Below are positions 8,233-17,983 of a DNA stretch of 64,000 nt, in pieces. The notes under the pieces were generated by a model that searched no databases, was not told where the DNA came from, and saw only the letters and a list, made by a program, of their open reading frames with translations. The stretch is taken from NCBI GenBank assembly GCA_017511535.1, contig JAFWJS010000037.1:23025-87024 (forward strand), in the 5' to 3' direction. The first letter of the stretch is position 1. Each line of letters starts with the position of its first letter. The translations under genes were made by a program, and so were the position numbers. The stretch is from Eubacterium sp. Its GTDB lineage: Bacteria; Bacillota; Clostridia; Peptostreptococcales; Anaerovoracaceae.

Positions 8233-9456
8233 ATGGAACGAAAGATATACGACATATGTATAATCGGAGGCGGCGCGTCCGGACTGGCCTGCGCGGCAGA
8301 GGCAGGGAAGCTCATGCCGGGCATCTCTGTGTTCATAGTTGAGAAAAACGACGTGCCCGGCCGTAAGATACTGTCGACCGGTAACGGGAGATGTAATCTT
8401 TCCAACATGAAATGTCCGGGGCATGAAGACGTACTAAGGTTCTTCAGCAGTATAGGCGTGATGACGAGAACTGACGACGCAGGAAGGATCTATCCATACT
8501 CAGAAGACGCTAAGGATGTTGCTGAAGCCCTTACCGGCGCGGCTTTACAGACCGGGGCTGAGATAATGACAGGAGCCGTCTGCACAGCGTGTTCATTTGA
8601 TGAAAAAGAGAGGCTCTATGAGACGCAGATCACTGTTAAGGGAGACAGCGCCGCAGAACATAAAGCCTTTTCTGTATTGTCGAGAAGAGTCGTGATCGCG
8701 GCGGGAGGTAAAGCAGCGCCTAAGCTCGGGACGACGGGCGACGGATACCGGCTCGCCAGGAAGTTCTATCATTCAGTGACGACTCTGGCACCTGCGCTTA
8801 CTGCAGTTGAGACGCATGAGGACCTGTCGCCGCTTTCCGGAGTCAGAGCCAAGGTCAGGCTTTCGCTCATAGTACACGGCGGCAGCATATTCGAGGAAGA
8901 CGGGGAGATCCAGTTTACAGATTACGGGATATCCGGGATATGCGTGTTCGACATGTCGAGATTCATGGTGATACCGGAAGGGCGTACGTTGATAAACGGA
9001 TTTGACGACTATGCGGCTGAGATAGATTTTCTGCCTGACGTAAGAGATGTTGACAGCCTTGTGAGAGAACGTCTTGCCGGGGAGCCTGAAAGCGCGCTCA
9101 GGTCTGTAGTGAAGAAGCCGGTAGCTGAGATGATCCTGGGCAGGACCGGAGGAGACCCGGAAATGACAGCCTGGATGCTGAAGCATTTCATGGTGCATCC
9201 TTCAGGGCTTCGCGGCTGGGATCACGCTGAGATCACCAGAGGAGGCGTCCCGCTGAACGAGCTGAAGATGGACAGGATGGAGTCAAAGTACTTTCCGGGT
9301 CTGTTCTTCACAGGAGAAATAATAGATTTTGACGGCCCGTGTGGAGGATTCAATCTGGAAAACGCATGGGAGACCGGTCTGCGTGCGGCGCGGGCTATAG
9401 CGTCGGATATGGAGACTATGGGCCGGGATGATAACGGCCGGCAACAGGAGGAGTGA
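8233..9456 (+). CDS. HI0933/BaiN family flavoprotein
   Basis: GGGASG, 'GRKILSTGNGRCN', 'GTTGDGY', 'TRGGV', 'GEIIDFDGPCGGFNL'. Confidence 0.93.
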   Translation: MERKIYDICIIGGGASGLACAAEAGKLMPGISVFIVEKNDVPGRKILSTGNGRCNLSNMKCPGHEDVLRFFSSIGVMTRTDDAGRIYPYSEDAKDVAEALTGAALQTGAEIMTGAVCTACSFDEKERLYETQITVKGDSAAEHKAFSVLSRRVVIAAGGKAAPKLGTTGDGYRLARKFYHSVTTLAPALTAVETHEDLSPLSGVRAKVRLSLIVHGGSIFEEDGEIQFTDYGISGICVFDMSRFMVIPEGRTLINGFDDYAAEIDFLPDVRDVDSLVRERLAGEPESALRSVVKKPVAEMILGRTGGDPEMTAWMLKHFMVHPSGLRGWDHAEITRGGVPLNELKMDRMESKYFPGLFFTGEIIDFDGPCGGFNLENAWETGLRAARAIASDMETMGRDDNGRQQEE

Positions 9457-9457
9457 T

Positions 9458-10471
9458 ATGGGAAAGAAACTGCTGTCTGCAGCGGAAATAAAGAATAACA
9501 GAAAGCTGAGAGATCTCATCAGGGAATTTATGGAGAGCGATTCAGAAGTGCCTGAAGAGGTGTTCGATTTTCTGAAGCGTATGAAGAGCAGGTGCAGACT
9601 GCTCGCGCCGGTGGACATCTCAGATGAGGATCTGAAGAAATACAACGATGAAAACGACGAAAACCTGACTTTCGACGTCGATATGAAGCTTATCGAGGAT
9701 GAGGACGAGCATACATGGATCCCTCTTTTCACGAGCGAGGAAGCGGCGGCGGAAGGAGATAATGATGACGAGGAGAAGCCTATCTATCTGCCTTTCTTCA
9801 TCGGAGACGTACTTCAGCAGATCGAGGACTCAGATGAGATCGACGGAGCTGTGATAGATCCGTGGACAGACGGGTTCCCGATCCCTGCGGAGCTTGCGGA
9901 CGAGTTCTCGGATGACGATGAGGATGATGAAGACGGCGAGTATGTAGGCATCAATCTGGTAAAGGGTTCTATAACGGACGTAGAATGTGACGCTATAGTG
10001 AACTCTGCCAATAATACACTTATTCCGGGAGCCGGCGGTGTGGACAAGGATATCCACGACGCGGCAGGCGAGGGGCTGGCGGCAGAGTGCAGGACTCTTC
10101 ACGGATGCAGGACAGGTGAAGCAAAGATCACGGACGCATATGATCTAGGCTGTGATTATGTGATCCATACAGTAGGGCCGATATATTCCGGAAAAAGCCA
10201 GGATGATGACGAGCTTGGCGACTGCTATGAAAGCTGCCTGTACATGGCTCGTGAGCACGGTCTCCACTCGATCGCTTTCCCATGTATCTCTACCGGGTAT
10301 TTCGGATTCCCGAAAGAGGAGGCGTGCGATATCGCTGTCCAGGCTGTTCTCGGATGGCTTGGGGATAACGATGATTACAGGATAGGGATCACATTCTGCT
10401 GTAAGGATGAAGAGAATTACGATATCTATCAGAAATATCTGGATGATGAGCTGGGCGAAGACGAGGACTGA
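9458..10471 (+). CDS. SseB-like N-terminal domain fused to a macrodomain (YmdB/MacroD type)
   Basis: SD GGAGGAG before ATG 9458; 'WIPLFTSEE...GAVIDPW' (SseB-like); 'GSIT....DAIVNSAN..L..GAGGVD..IH.AAG', 'VIHTVGP', 'SIAFPCISTG.FGFP' (macro). Confidence 0.88.
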   Translation: MGKKLLSAAEIKNNRKLRDLIREFMESDSEVPEEVFDFLKRMKSRCRLLAPVDISDEDLKKYNDENDENLTFDVDMKLIEDEDEHTWIPLFTSEEAAAEGDNDDEEKPIYLPFFIGDVLQQIEDSDEIDGAVIDPWTDGFPIPAELADEFSDDDEDDEDGEYVGINLVKGSITDVECDAIVNSANNTLIPGAGGVDKDIHDAAGEGLAAECRTLHGCRTGEAKITDAYDLGCDYVIHTVGPIYSGKSQDDDELGDCYESCLYMAREHGLHSIAFPCISTGYFGFPKEEACDIAVQAVLGWLGDNDDYRIGITFCCKDEENYDIYQKYLDDELGEDED

Positions 10472-10516
10472 GAAAGAAGGGAATCAGATAGTATAAAGCT
10501 TAGGAAGTGAGACACG

Positions 10517-11728
10517 ATGAATTTGATCAACAGAATAATACGGCCTGCTGCATTGTTGCTTATCGTGCTGATGATAGCGGAAGCATCATCTGCGGCATTT
10601 GTGTGGGCGGCGTCTTCAGACGAGAGCACACCGGCAGAGTCTGCGGAAGAAGAACAGACAGTCAGCGAGCCGGAGCCTGGATCAGAACCGGAAGCAGAAA
10701 CTGATGCAGAGCTGGAGCTGCAGGAAGAGCCGGCGCAGGAGCCTGAGCCGGAAACCGAGCCGGAACCTGATCCGGAGCCAGAACCACAGCCGGAGCCGGA
10801 ACCGCTTAACGGATGGGTAACGAAAAAGGGCAGGAAGTACTATTATATAAACGACAAAAAAGTTACCGGTATGCGTAAGATAAATGGTGCCTGGTATTAC
10901 TTCAAGCCGGAGAGTGGCATTATGAAGACAGGCTGGCTTACCCTGAAGAAGAACAGATATTACTTTGATCCTTCTACAGGTAAAAGAGCGAAAGGTATGA
11001 GAAAGATCAAAGGAGCGGTCTACTATTTCAAGTCAGGCGGCAGAATGACAAAAGGCTGGCTCAAGGTAAACGGCAAAAAGTATTTCCACAACAAGAAAAA
11101 CGGAAAGCGGGTCTTCGGCTCAAAGAAGCTGGGGAAGTACAGATATTATTTCAAGCCGAAGAGCGGGATCATGAAGACCGGCTGGCTCAGGCTGAATGGA
11201 AAGAAGTACTATTACGACAAAAAAGGCCATAAACTCTTCGGTGAACAGAAGATAAAAGGTAAAACTGTTTATCTGGATCTGCACAGCGGCGCCAGGATCT
11301 CGAAAGGGAAATATTATTTATATAAGCCGGTATGGAACAAGTCGAGCAGGACGAAGTATCTGATCTATGTGGACAAGAAGAGCCGCTGGCTGAATCTGTA
11401 TACGGGAAGAGCAGGAAACTGGGACCTTATCAAGAGGGTAAGGTGTACCATCGGAGCGCCCGGTACGCCTACTCCGTCTGGGACGTTTCACGTCTGCAGT
11501 AAAGTCAGTCATTTCGGAGAAGGTAAGGGATATACGGTCTGGCACGCCACGGGATTCATAGGAGTGTCATATCTGATCCATTCAGTAGTCTGCTACCGCA
11601 GCACCAAGACAGTCAAGGACGGACGCCTGGGAGCCGCTGTATCCCACGGCTGCGTAAGGCTTGCGATAGGTGAAGCGAAGTGGATATATGATCACGTTCC
11701 GCATGGAACCACGGTATACATCAGATAA
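10517..11728 (+). CDS. L,D-transpeptidase with cell-wall (choline-binding-type) repeats
   Basis: Signal peptide, PE-rich linker, repeated 'TGW...K.YYF' units, YkuD domain 'TPTPSGTF...IHS...SHGCVRL'. Confidence 0.92.
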   Translation: MNLINRIIRPAALLLIVLMIAEASSAAFVWAASSDESTPAESAEEEQTVSEPEPGSEPEAETDAELELQEEPAQEPEPETEPEPDPEPEPQPEPEPLNGWVTKKGRKYYYINDKKVTGMRKINGAWYYFKPESGIMKTGWLTLKKNRYYFDPSTGKRAKGMRKIKGAVYYFKSGGRMTKGWLKVNGKKYFHNKKNGKRVFGSKKLGKYRYYFKPKSGIMKTGWLRLNGKKYYYDKKGHKLFGEQKIKGKTVYLDLHSGARISKGKYYLYKPVWNKSSRTKYLIYVDKKSRWLNLYTGRAGNWDLIKRVRCTIGAPGTPTPSGTFHVCSKVSHFGEGKGYTVWHATGFIGVSYLIHSVVCYRSTKTVKDGRLGAAVSHGCVRLAIGEAKWIYDHVPHGTTVYIR

Positions 11729-11733
11729 CTGAA

Positions 11734-11773
11734 AAGGACGGGTAACAGATACGTTATCCGTCCTTCTTTTTTT
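11734..11773. terminator. Intrinsic terminator between the convergent ldt and gpmI genes
   Basis: AAGGACGGGTAAC-agatac-GTTATCCGTCCTT followed by a T-run. Confidence 0.85.
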
Positions 11774-11790
11774 GTTTTCTATTGAGTTGC

Positions 11791-13326
11791 TCAGTCTTCA
11801 GCAAGTACGTCTCCTGTCATTTCAGCAGGTACCGGAAGCCCCATCAGGTGGAGAAGCGTCGGCGCTATGTCGGCAAGCTTGCCGCCTGATCTTAATTTCT
11901 TCGGATCGTCCGAGATGTGGATCAGAGGCACCTGGTTGAGTGAATGAGATGTCACTACATTGCCGTCTTCATCGAGCATCACGTCCGAATTGCCATGGTC
12001 TGCGGTAAGAAGCACCTGGCCGCCTTTAGCAAGTATGGCGTCGCAGATCTTCGGCACGCATACATCCAGAGTCTCGATGGCTTTGATCGCGGCTTCCATG
12101 ACTCCCGTATGTCCGACCATGTCAGAATTGGCGAAGTTCAGAATGATAACGTCGTATTTATCGGCTTCTATCTGTTTAAGTACACGGTCAGTTACTTCAT
12201 ACGCGCTCATCTCAGGCTTCAGGTCATATGTCGCGACTTTAGGAGATGGTACGAGTATCCTGTCTTCTCCGGGATTCGGCTCTTCGACCCCGCCATTGAA
12301 GAAGAATGTCACATGCGCGTATTTCTCTGTTTCCGCGATCCTTAGCTGTTTCAGGCCGAGTCCGGAGATGTATTCGCCGAGAGTGTTCACGATCTTCTCC
12401 GGAGGGTATGCGATCTCAACGTTCGGCATGGTCGCGTCATACTCCGTCATGCAGACATATTTCAGGTCGTTTATCACTTTCTCGCGGTGGAAGCCGTCAA
12501 AGTCCGGATCCACGAAGATCCTCGTTATCTGCCTTGCTCTGTCAGGCCTGAAGTTAGCCATGATTATTGCGTCGCCGTCGTTTACCACAGCGGCATCACC
12601 GTCGGCGTCCAGGACAACAGTCGGCTTTACGAACTCGTCGTTTTCATCTCTCTCGTATGCGTCAGTGACAGCGGCTTCGGCGCTGCTGACAGTGAAGCCC
12701 CTGCCGAGAGTCATCGCGTCGTATGCGAGCTGTTCTCTTTCCCAGCGCTTGTCACGGTCCATAGCGTAGTATCTTCCGGACACTGTGGCGATCCTGCCGT
12801 GAGTACCCTCGAGCTTTTCCTCGATCTCTTTGATGTACTGCACAGCGCAGCGCGGCGGTACGTCGCGGCCGTCAAGATAACAGTGGATATAGAACTTTTC
12901 TATACCGTTCTTCTCAGCAAGGTCGATAAGGGCCTTTATATGCTCGATATGGCTATGCACTCCGCCGTCAGAAAGCAGGCCTGAGATATGGAGCGCCGAT
13001 CCGTTCTTCTTTACATGATCTATGGCTGAAAGCAGCGCCTTGTTCTCAAAGAAGCTGCCGTCCTCTATCGCCATCGTTATACGTGACAGTGACTGATATA
13101 CGATCCTTCCCGCACCGATATTCAGATGGCCGACTTCAGAGTTCCCCATCTGTCCGTCAGGAAGCCCCACGTAGTGGCCGCAGGCGCTTATCCTGGTGCC
13201 GGGGTATTTACGGAATATCTCGTCAAGCCCCGGCTTGCGGGCCTGTGCGATGGCGTTTCCGTATTCGCTGTCGTTCAGACCGAACCCGTCCATTATCAGT
13301 ATCATAGATGGTTTTTTTATATCCAT
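11791..13326 (-). CDS. gpmI: 2,3-bisphosphoglycerate-independent phosphoglycerate mutase
   Basis: 'GQMGNSEVGH', 'GRYYAMDRD', 'AETEKYAHVTFF', 'TADHGN'; start chosen at the ATG after SD AGGAG. Confidence 0.97.
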   Translation of the reverse strand: MDIKKPSMILIMDGFGLNDSEYGNAIAQARKPGLDEIFRKYPGTRISACGHYVGLPDGQMGNSEVGHLNIGAGRIVYQSLSRITMAIEDGSFFENKALLSAIDHVKKNGSALHISGLLSDGGVHSHIEHIKALIDLAEKNGIEKFYIHCYLDGRDVPPRCAVQYIKEIEEKLEGTHGRIATVSGRYYAMDRDKRWEREQLAYDAMTLGRGFTVSSAEAAVTDAYERDENDEFVKPTVVLDADGDAAVVNDGDAIIMANFRPDRARQITRIFVDPDFDGFHREKVINDLKYVCMTEYDATMPNVEIAYPPEKIVNTLGEYISGLGLKQLRIAETEKYAHVTFFFNGGVEEPNPGEDRILVPSPKVATYDLKPEMSAYEVTDRVLKQIEADKYDVIILNFANSDMVGHTGVMEAAIKAIETLDVCVPKICDAILAKGGQVLLTADHGNSDVMLDEDGNVVTSHSLNQVPLIHISDDPKKLRSGGKLADIAPTLLHLMGLPVPAEMTGDVLAED

Positions 13327-13466
13327 AGTCACTCTCCTGTCTGTTTTTTATGATCAAAAGCCGGTTCCCGGCCGGCTCATATATAGTATATATGATACCA
13401 CAAAGTGAAATTAAGTAAACTTCCGCCAATATGTAAAAAACAGCAGTTCTCTGATATAATATGCGT

Positions 13467-16400
13467 ATGGAAAGAAAATGGACAGAAGAGCAGCTTCAGG
13501 CGATCACTGAGCGTGGAAGGAACATACTTGTATCTGCCGGCGCGGGATCAGGCAAGACCGCAGTAATGGTAGAAAGAGCAGTAAGGCTGATCATGGAGGA
13601 CAGAGTCCCCGTGAACAGCATGCTTATCGTGACTTTCACCAGAGCCGCAGCGGGAGAGATGCGTGAGAGGCTCAGGAAAGCGCTGAAAGACAGGCTCATC
13701 AGGATAACAGGAGATGAAGGCTCCGGCGCAGCCCCGGAAGAACAGAAGTGGATAAAGGAACAGCTCGACCAGCTGCATACAGCGCAGATCAGTACGTTCC
13801 ATTCATTCGCCGAAAGGGTCATGAAGGAGTTCTTCTACTATACGGATATCGAGCCGGGATTCCGCGTACTGGATGAGGCCGAGGCAGAAGTACTCAGGAC
13901 AGAAGCGCTGGATACTCTTTTCAATGAGGAGTATGAGCGGAAAGATGAAGATTTCACAGCCTTCATGGACTCATATTCAGGAGAGAAGAACGACCTGTCA
14001 GCCAGAGATATGGTATCGTCTCTGTACAGTAAGCTGGAAGCTGTTCCGGACAGGTTCCGTGTCCTGGAAGACAAAGTGTCAGATCTTGACAAAGATACTG
14101 AAGCCTTCAGGAATACTGAAACATTCAGGCGCCTTATCGCTTTGCTCAGGAAAGAAGCGGAGGCATGTGCCGGTATCTGCAGCAGGGCAAGAGGGCTTCT
14201 TTCCGGGTCCGGTCTTGGGAGACTGTCAGAACTGCTCGGGGAAGACGAGTCGTGCTTTGCCGGAGTATGCGCCGCGCTCGATGCGGGAGATATAGACCAT
14301 GCTTCAGAACTGCTCAGAGGCAGGCGCTTCGCAACGATACGCGTCAGGAAAGATGAGAAAGATCTGTATGACGACGATCTGAAAAGCCGTGTGGACGCTC
14401 TACGCGGCAGATATAAGGAAAGAGCGAAGCAGATAACAGCGATATGCTATGACAGCCTGGACCACATGGTAAAGGCGATGCGTATGGCGTCAGGACATGC
14501 GAGGACTCTTGCGAGGCTTGTGCGGCGCTTTGACGACATATACTCGGAAAGCAAGCGCGACTTGAACGCTGTAGACTACAGCGATATGGAACATTCCGCG
14601 CTTGCGATACTCGGCCACGAGGAAGCCTGCCAGTATTACAGGGATCTTTTCCGGTACATATTCATAGATGAATATCAGGATACCAATATCATGCAGGAGA
14701 CTATCGTCGGTAAGATCAGAAGAGATGATGATCTGTTCATGGTAGGCGATATCAAGCAGTCGATATATCACTTCAGGCTCGCAGATCCTGACATATTCAA
14801 GGCAAGATACGAGGCGTACAGAGAAGAAGGAAGCAAAGGTGAAGAAGCTGAGTCGGTCAAGATCGATCTCAACAGAAACTTCAGAAGCAAGCCTGCCGTG
14901 ATAGAGGAGATCAACAACATATTCAGGCCGATAATGGAGGGGTATGACTCCTCGCAGGAACTGATCTGCGGAGTAGAGCAGGGAGAGCATGCTCTCGGAA
15001 GACCTGAGACACATATAATAGATATCTCGGGATCTGACGAGTCAGAAGACGACGAGATCGCCGACCTGCATAAGGAAGAGCTCGAGGCGCAGGAGACCGC
15101 GAATATCATCAAGAAAGTCCTGGGACAGGAGTATACGGACCCATCTTCCGGTGAGACGCGTAAAGTGGGATACCGCGACATAGTGATCCTGATGCGGTCG
15201 GTGAAGAGGAGCGCAGAAGGCTACAGAGCCGTGTTCCGCGATGAAGGGATACCTCTGTATATAGACGACAGAGCAGGATACTTTGATACGATAGAAATAA
15301 ATGTATTCCTGTCGCTTCTTTCAGTCCTGGACAACAGGAGACAGGACGTCCATTTCATAGCGCTCCTGAGGTCTGAGATCTTCGGGTTCACTGTGGAAGA
15401 GCTGGCAGAGATACGTAAGCTCCACATGACGGGAAGCTTCGTTGACGCGGCGATGGACTGCGCTGAAAATGAAGAAGCTCCCGGCAGGCTGAGGGAGAAA
15501 TGCCGCAAGGCTTTTGATGACATAAAGAGATGGCAGGCATATGCCGTGACCCTGCCTCTTCCGGACCTTATCTGGCGCCTCATGAACGAGACCGGATACT
15601 ATATCGTCGCGGGAACGTTCCCGGGCGGCGCCGAAAGGCAGGCGAATCTCAGACTTCTGGCGGACAGAGCGAGGGAATACTCGGAAAGATCTTTCGGATC
15701 GCTTTACGGATTCATACAGTACATCGAGACTGTCAAGCAGAATCAGGTAGACATACCTCAGGCGACGCTTCTTTCTGAGAACGATAACGTGGTCAGGATC
15801 ATGACTATACATCACAGTAAAGGTCTGGAATTTCCTGTAGTCATCGTAGCCGGGATGGACAATATGCACGGCGACAGCAAGACTGCAAGCCTGCTGTTCG
15901 ACCGTGAGGACGGCCTGGGCTTAAGAACTGTCGATCCGGAAAGGCACCTCTATGAAGACGGTCTCATTTCCAGGATGATCAAAGCCAAAGACAGGCGCTG
16001 CGAGACAGAAGAGCTTCAGAGAGTTTTCTACGTGGCAGTCACGAGAGCAAGGGAGACTTTCTATCTGGTCGGCGCGGCTGACTACAATAAGATAATAAAC
16101 GGCCTGGATACAGGGAAACATGCGGATTCTACGCTCCTCAGGATGTCGGAGTATCTGCCCGGGATAGTCAGTATACCTGCGGCTGATCTTGCTGAGCAGC
16201 TGGAAGCTCATGAAGCGGATGACGATACAGACGGAAGTGAAATGCCGGAAAGAGCAGCCGGAGAGAGAGGAAAGACATCAGAGATCATTGACAGGCTCGG
16301 ATTCAGCTATCCATATGAGGAAGTCCAGGATATCGCAGCCAAGACTACCGTTACCAGGATAAATGAGATGAAACGCTCTTACAGAGCCGGATGGCAGGGC

Positions 16401-17024
16401 GAGGAAGAAAACAGCGCTTCTGTAAGAGAAATGACGGATGAAGAAGAGATGCCGCGGGATGACTGGGAAGAACCGGGGTTCATGAGCGGAGACAGACGTA
16501 TCAGTTCTGCCAGACGCGGAACAGCGTACCACAGTGTTATGGAAGAGATAGACTTTACCCGCGCCTCTGAAGAAGGGACAGACTATATCTGCAGCTGTAT
16601 GGACGATATGGTGAGGCGCGGACTGTTCACTGAAGAGGAAATGAAGGCAGTGGATCCTGTCAGGATCAAGATGTTCTTCGACAGTGATCTGGGTAAGCGT
16701 GCGGTGAAAGCATCTGCGTCCGGACAGCTCTGGAAAGAGCAGACTTTCGAATCGAAGATCGGTGTGAAAGGCGAGGATGTGCTCGTGCAGGGAGTGATCG
16801 ACTGCTGCTTCATGGAAGACGACGGGATGGTCCTGCTTGATTACAAGACAAACAGGGTAAATAAAGCTGCAGATACAGAGTCTGAGACAGATAGGATAAA
16901 ATCTATCTACAGGACTCAGCTGGAAGTATATGCAGACGCTCTTGCGAAAGCTTCCGGAAGTGAAGTAAAAGAAAAATATCTCTATCTGTTCTCGCTTGAC
17001 CGAGAAGTGAAAGTGGAGGGGTGA
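13467..17024 (+). CDS. addA: ATP-dependent helicase/nuclease subunit A
   Basis: 'SAGAGSGKT', 'IDEYQD', 'VGDIKQSIY.FR', 'MTIH.SKGLEF', C-terminal RecB-type nuclease 'QGVID...LLDYKT'; ATG 13467 lies 6 nt after TGA-TATAAT. Confidence 0.93.
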   Translation: MERKWTEEQLQAITERGRNILVSAGAGSGKTAVMVERAVRLIMEDRVPVNSMLIVTFTRAAAGEMRERLRKALKDRLIRITGDEGSGAAPEEQKWIKEQLDQLHTAQISTFHSFAERVMKEFFYYTDIEPGFRVLDEAEAEVLRTEALDTLFNEEYERKDEDFTAFMDSYSGEKNDLSARDMVSSLYSKLEAVPDRFRVLEDKVSDLDKDTEAFRNTETFRRLIALLRKEAEACAGICSRARGLLSGSGLGRLSELLGEDESCFAGVCAALDAGDIDHASELLRGRRFATIRVRKDEKDLYDDDLKSRVDALRGRYKERAKQITAICYDSLDHMVKAMRMASGHARTLARLVRRFDDIYSESKRDLNAVDYSDMEHSALAILGHEEACQYYRDLFRYIFIDEYQDTNIMQETIVGKIRRDDDLFMVGDIKQSIYHFRLADPDIFKARYEAYREEGSKGEEAESVKIDLNRNFRSKPAVIEEINNIFRPIMEGYDSSQELICGVEQGEHALGRPETHIIDISGSDESEDDEIADLHKEELEAQETANIIKKVLGQEYTDPSSGETRKVGYRDIVILMRSVKRSAEGYRAVFRDEGIPLYIDDRAGYFDTIEINVFLSLLSVLDNRRQDVHFIALLRSEIFGFTVEELAEIRKLHMTGSFVDAAMDCAENEEAPGRLREKCRKAFDDIKRWQAYAVTLPLPDLIWRLMNETGYYIVAGTFPGGAERQANLRLLADRAREYSERSFGSLYGFIQYIETVKQNQVDIPQATLLSENDNVVRIMTIHHSKGLEFPVVIVAGMDNMHGDSKTASLLFDREDGLGLRTVDPERHLYEDGLISRMIKAKDRRCETEELQRVFYVAVTRARETFYLVGAADYNKIINGLDTGKHADSTLLRMSEYLPGIVSIPAADLAEQLEAHEADDDTDGSEMPERAAGERGKTSEIIDRLGFSYPYEEVQDIAAKTTVTRINEMKRSYRAGWQGEEENSASVREMTDEEEMPRDDWEEPGFMSGDRRISSARRGTAYHSVMEEIDFTRASEEGTDYICSCMDDMVRRGLFTEEEMKAVDPVRIKMFFDSDLGKRAVKASASGQLWKEQTFESKIGVKGEDVLVQGVIDCCFMEDDGMVLLDYKTNRVNKAADTESETDRIKSIYRTQLEVYADALAKASGSEVKEKYLYLFSLDREVKVEG

Positions 17025-17028
17025 CATA

Positions 17029-17931
17029 ATGTTTGAAGGTATCAGGAACATGTTTGGCCTTGATGAGAATGCCGAGGAAAAGGCTGATGTCAGAACGGGC
17101 ATAGTTTTTGAAGGCGGAGGTCTTCGCGGGATATTCGCCGCGGGCGTGATAGATTATCTGCTGGATAACGGGATAATCATAAAAAATGTCATGGGAGTAT
17201 CTGCGGGAGCCTGCCACGCCTGCAGCTATGTGTCAGGCCAGAGGGGAAGGTCGTATGCCGTATCGACTGACTATCTGGACGATAAAAGATACATGAGCAT
17301 GCACAACTTAAGGACAACGGGAGATCTCTTCGGATCTGAGTTCATATACCATACGATACCTGAGGAGCTCTATCCGCTGGATAACGATCATTTTCTGAAA
17401 AGCGGGATCAGCTTCCGCGCTGTAGTGACGAACTGTATTACAGGAGAGCCGGAGTATCCTGAGATAAAAGATCTTCTGAAGGATGTAGATTATGTGCGCG
17501 CGTCGAGTTCGCTCCCCATGTTTGCCAGGATGGTGGATATCGGAGGAACACCGTACATGGACGGCGGCATCTCAGACTCAGTGCCGGTGAAAGCGTCAGA
17601 AAAGCTGGGCTGCGCGAAGAACATCGTCGTTCTGACGAGGCCGGCGGGCTACCGTAAGAAGCCGGAGAGGATGATGCCTGTCATCAAGATGAAATACAAC
17701 AATTACCCCGAGATGACAGCAGCGCTGGAGAACAGATATAAAGTATACAATGAAACTATGGACTATATAGACGAAGGCGTTGAGAAGGGCACGATACTCA
17801 GGATAGCTCCGGTGAAAGACCTGGGCATAGGGCGTCTTGAGAAGGATAAGGGCAAGCTCAAGCTGGCTTATGAAGAAGGCTATTTCGTGGCCGAAGCCAT
17901 GGGCGAAAAACTGAAGCAGTTTCTGAAATAA
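17029..17931 (+). CDS. Patatin-like phospholipase
   Basis: EGGGLRG, GVSAG and DGG motifs. Confidence 0.92.
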   Translation: MFEGIRNMFGLDENAEEKADVRTGIVFEGGGLRGIFAAGVIDYLLDNGIIIKNVMGVSAGACHACSYVSGQRGRSYAVSTDYLDDKRYMSMHNLRTTGDLFGSEFIYHTIPEELYPLDNDHFLKSGISFRAVVTNCITGEPEYPEIKDLLKDVDYVRASSSLPMFARMVDIGGTPYMDGGISDSVPVKASEKLGCAKNIVVLTRPAGYRKKPERMMPVIKMKYNNYPEMTAALENRYKVYNETMDYIDEGVEKGTILRIAPVKDLGIGRLEKDKGKLKLAYEEGYFVAEAMGEKLKQFLK

Positions 17932-17964
17932 AAAAGGCGAGGCTTTTGCAGCCTCGCCTTTTTT
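17930..17964. terminator. Bidirectional intrinsic terminator
   Basis: AAAAAAGGCGAGGCT-tttgc-AGCCTCGCCTTTTTT. Confidence 0.92.
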
Positions 17965-17983
17965 GAACGATATAATGCTATTA

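Noticed and set aside
10670-10805. GAGCCG-rich tandem repeats
   Set aside because: They encode the ordinary Pro-Glu linker of the L,D-transpeptidase
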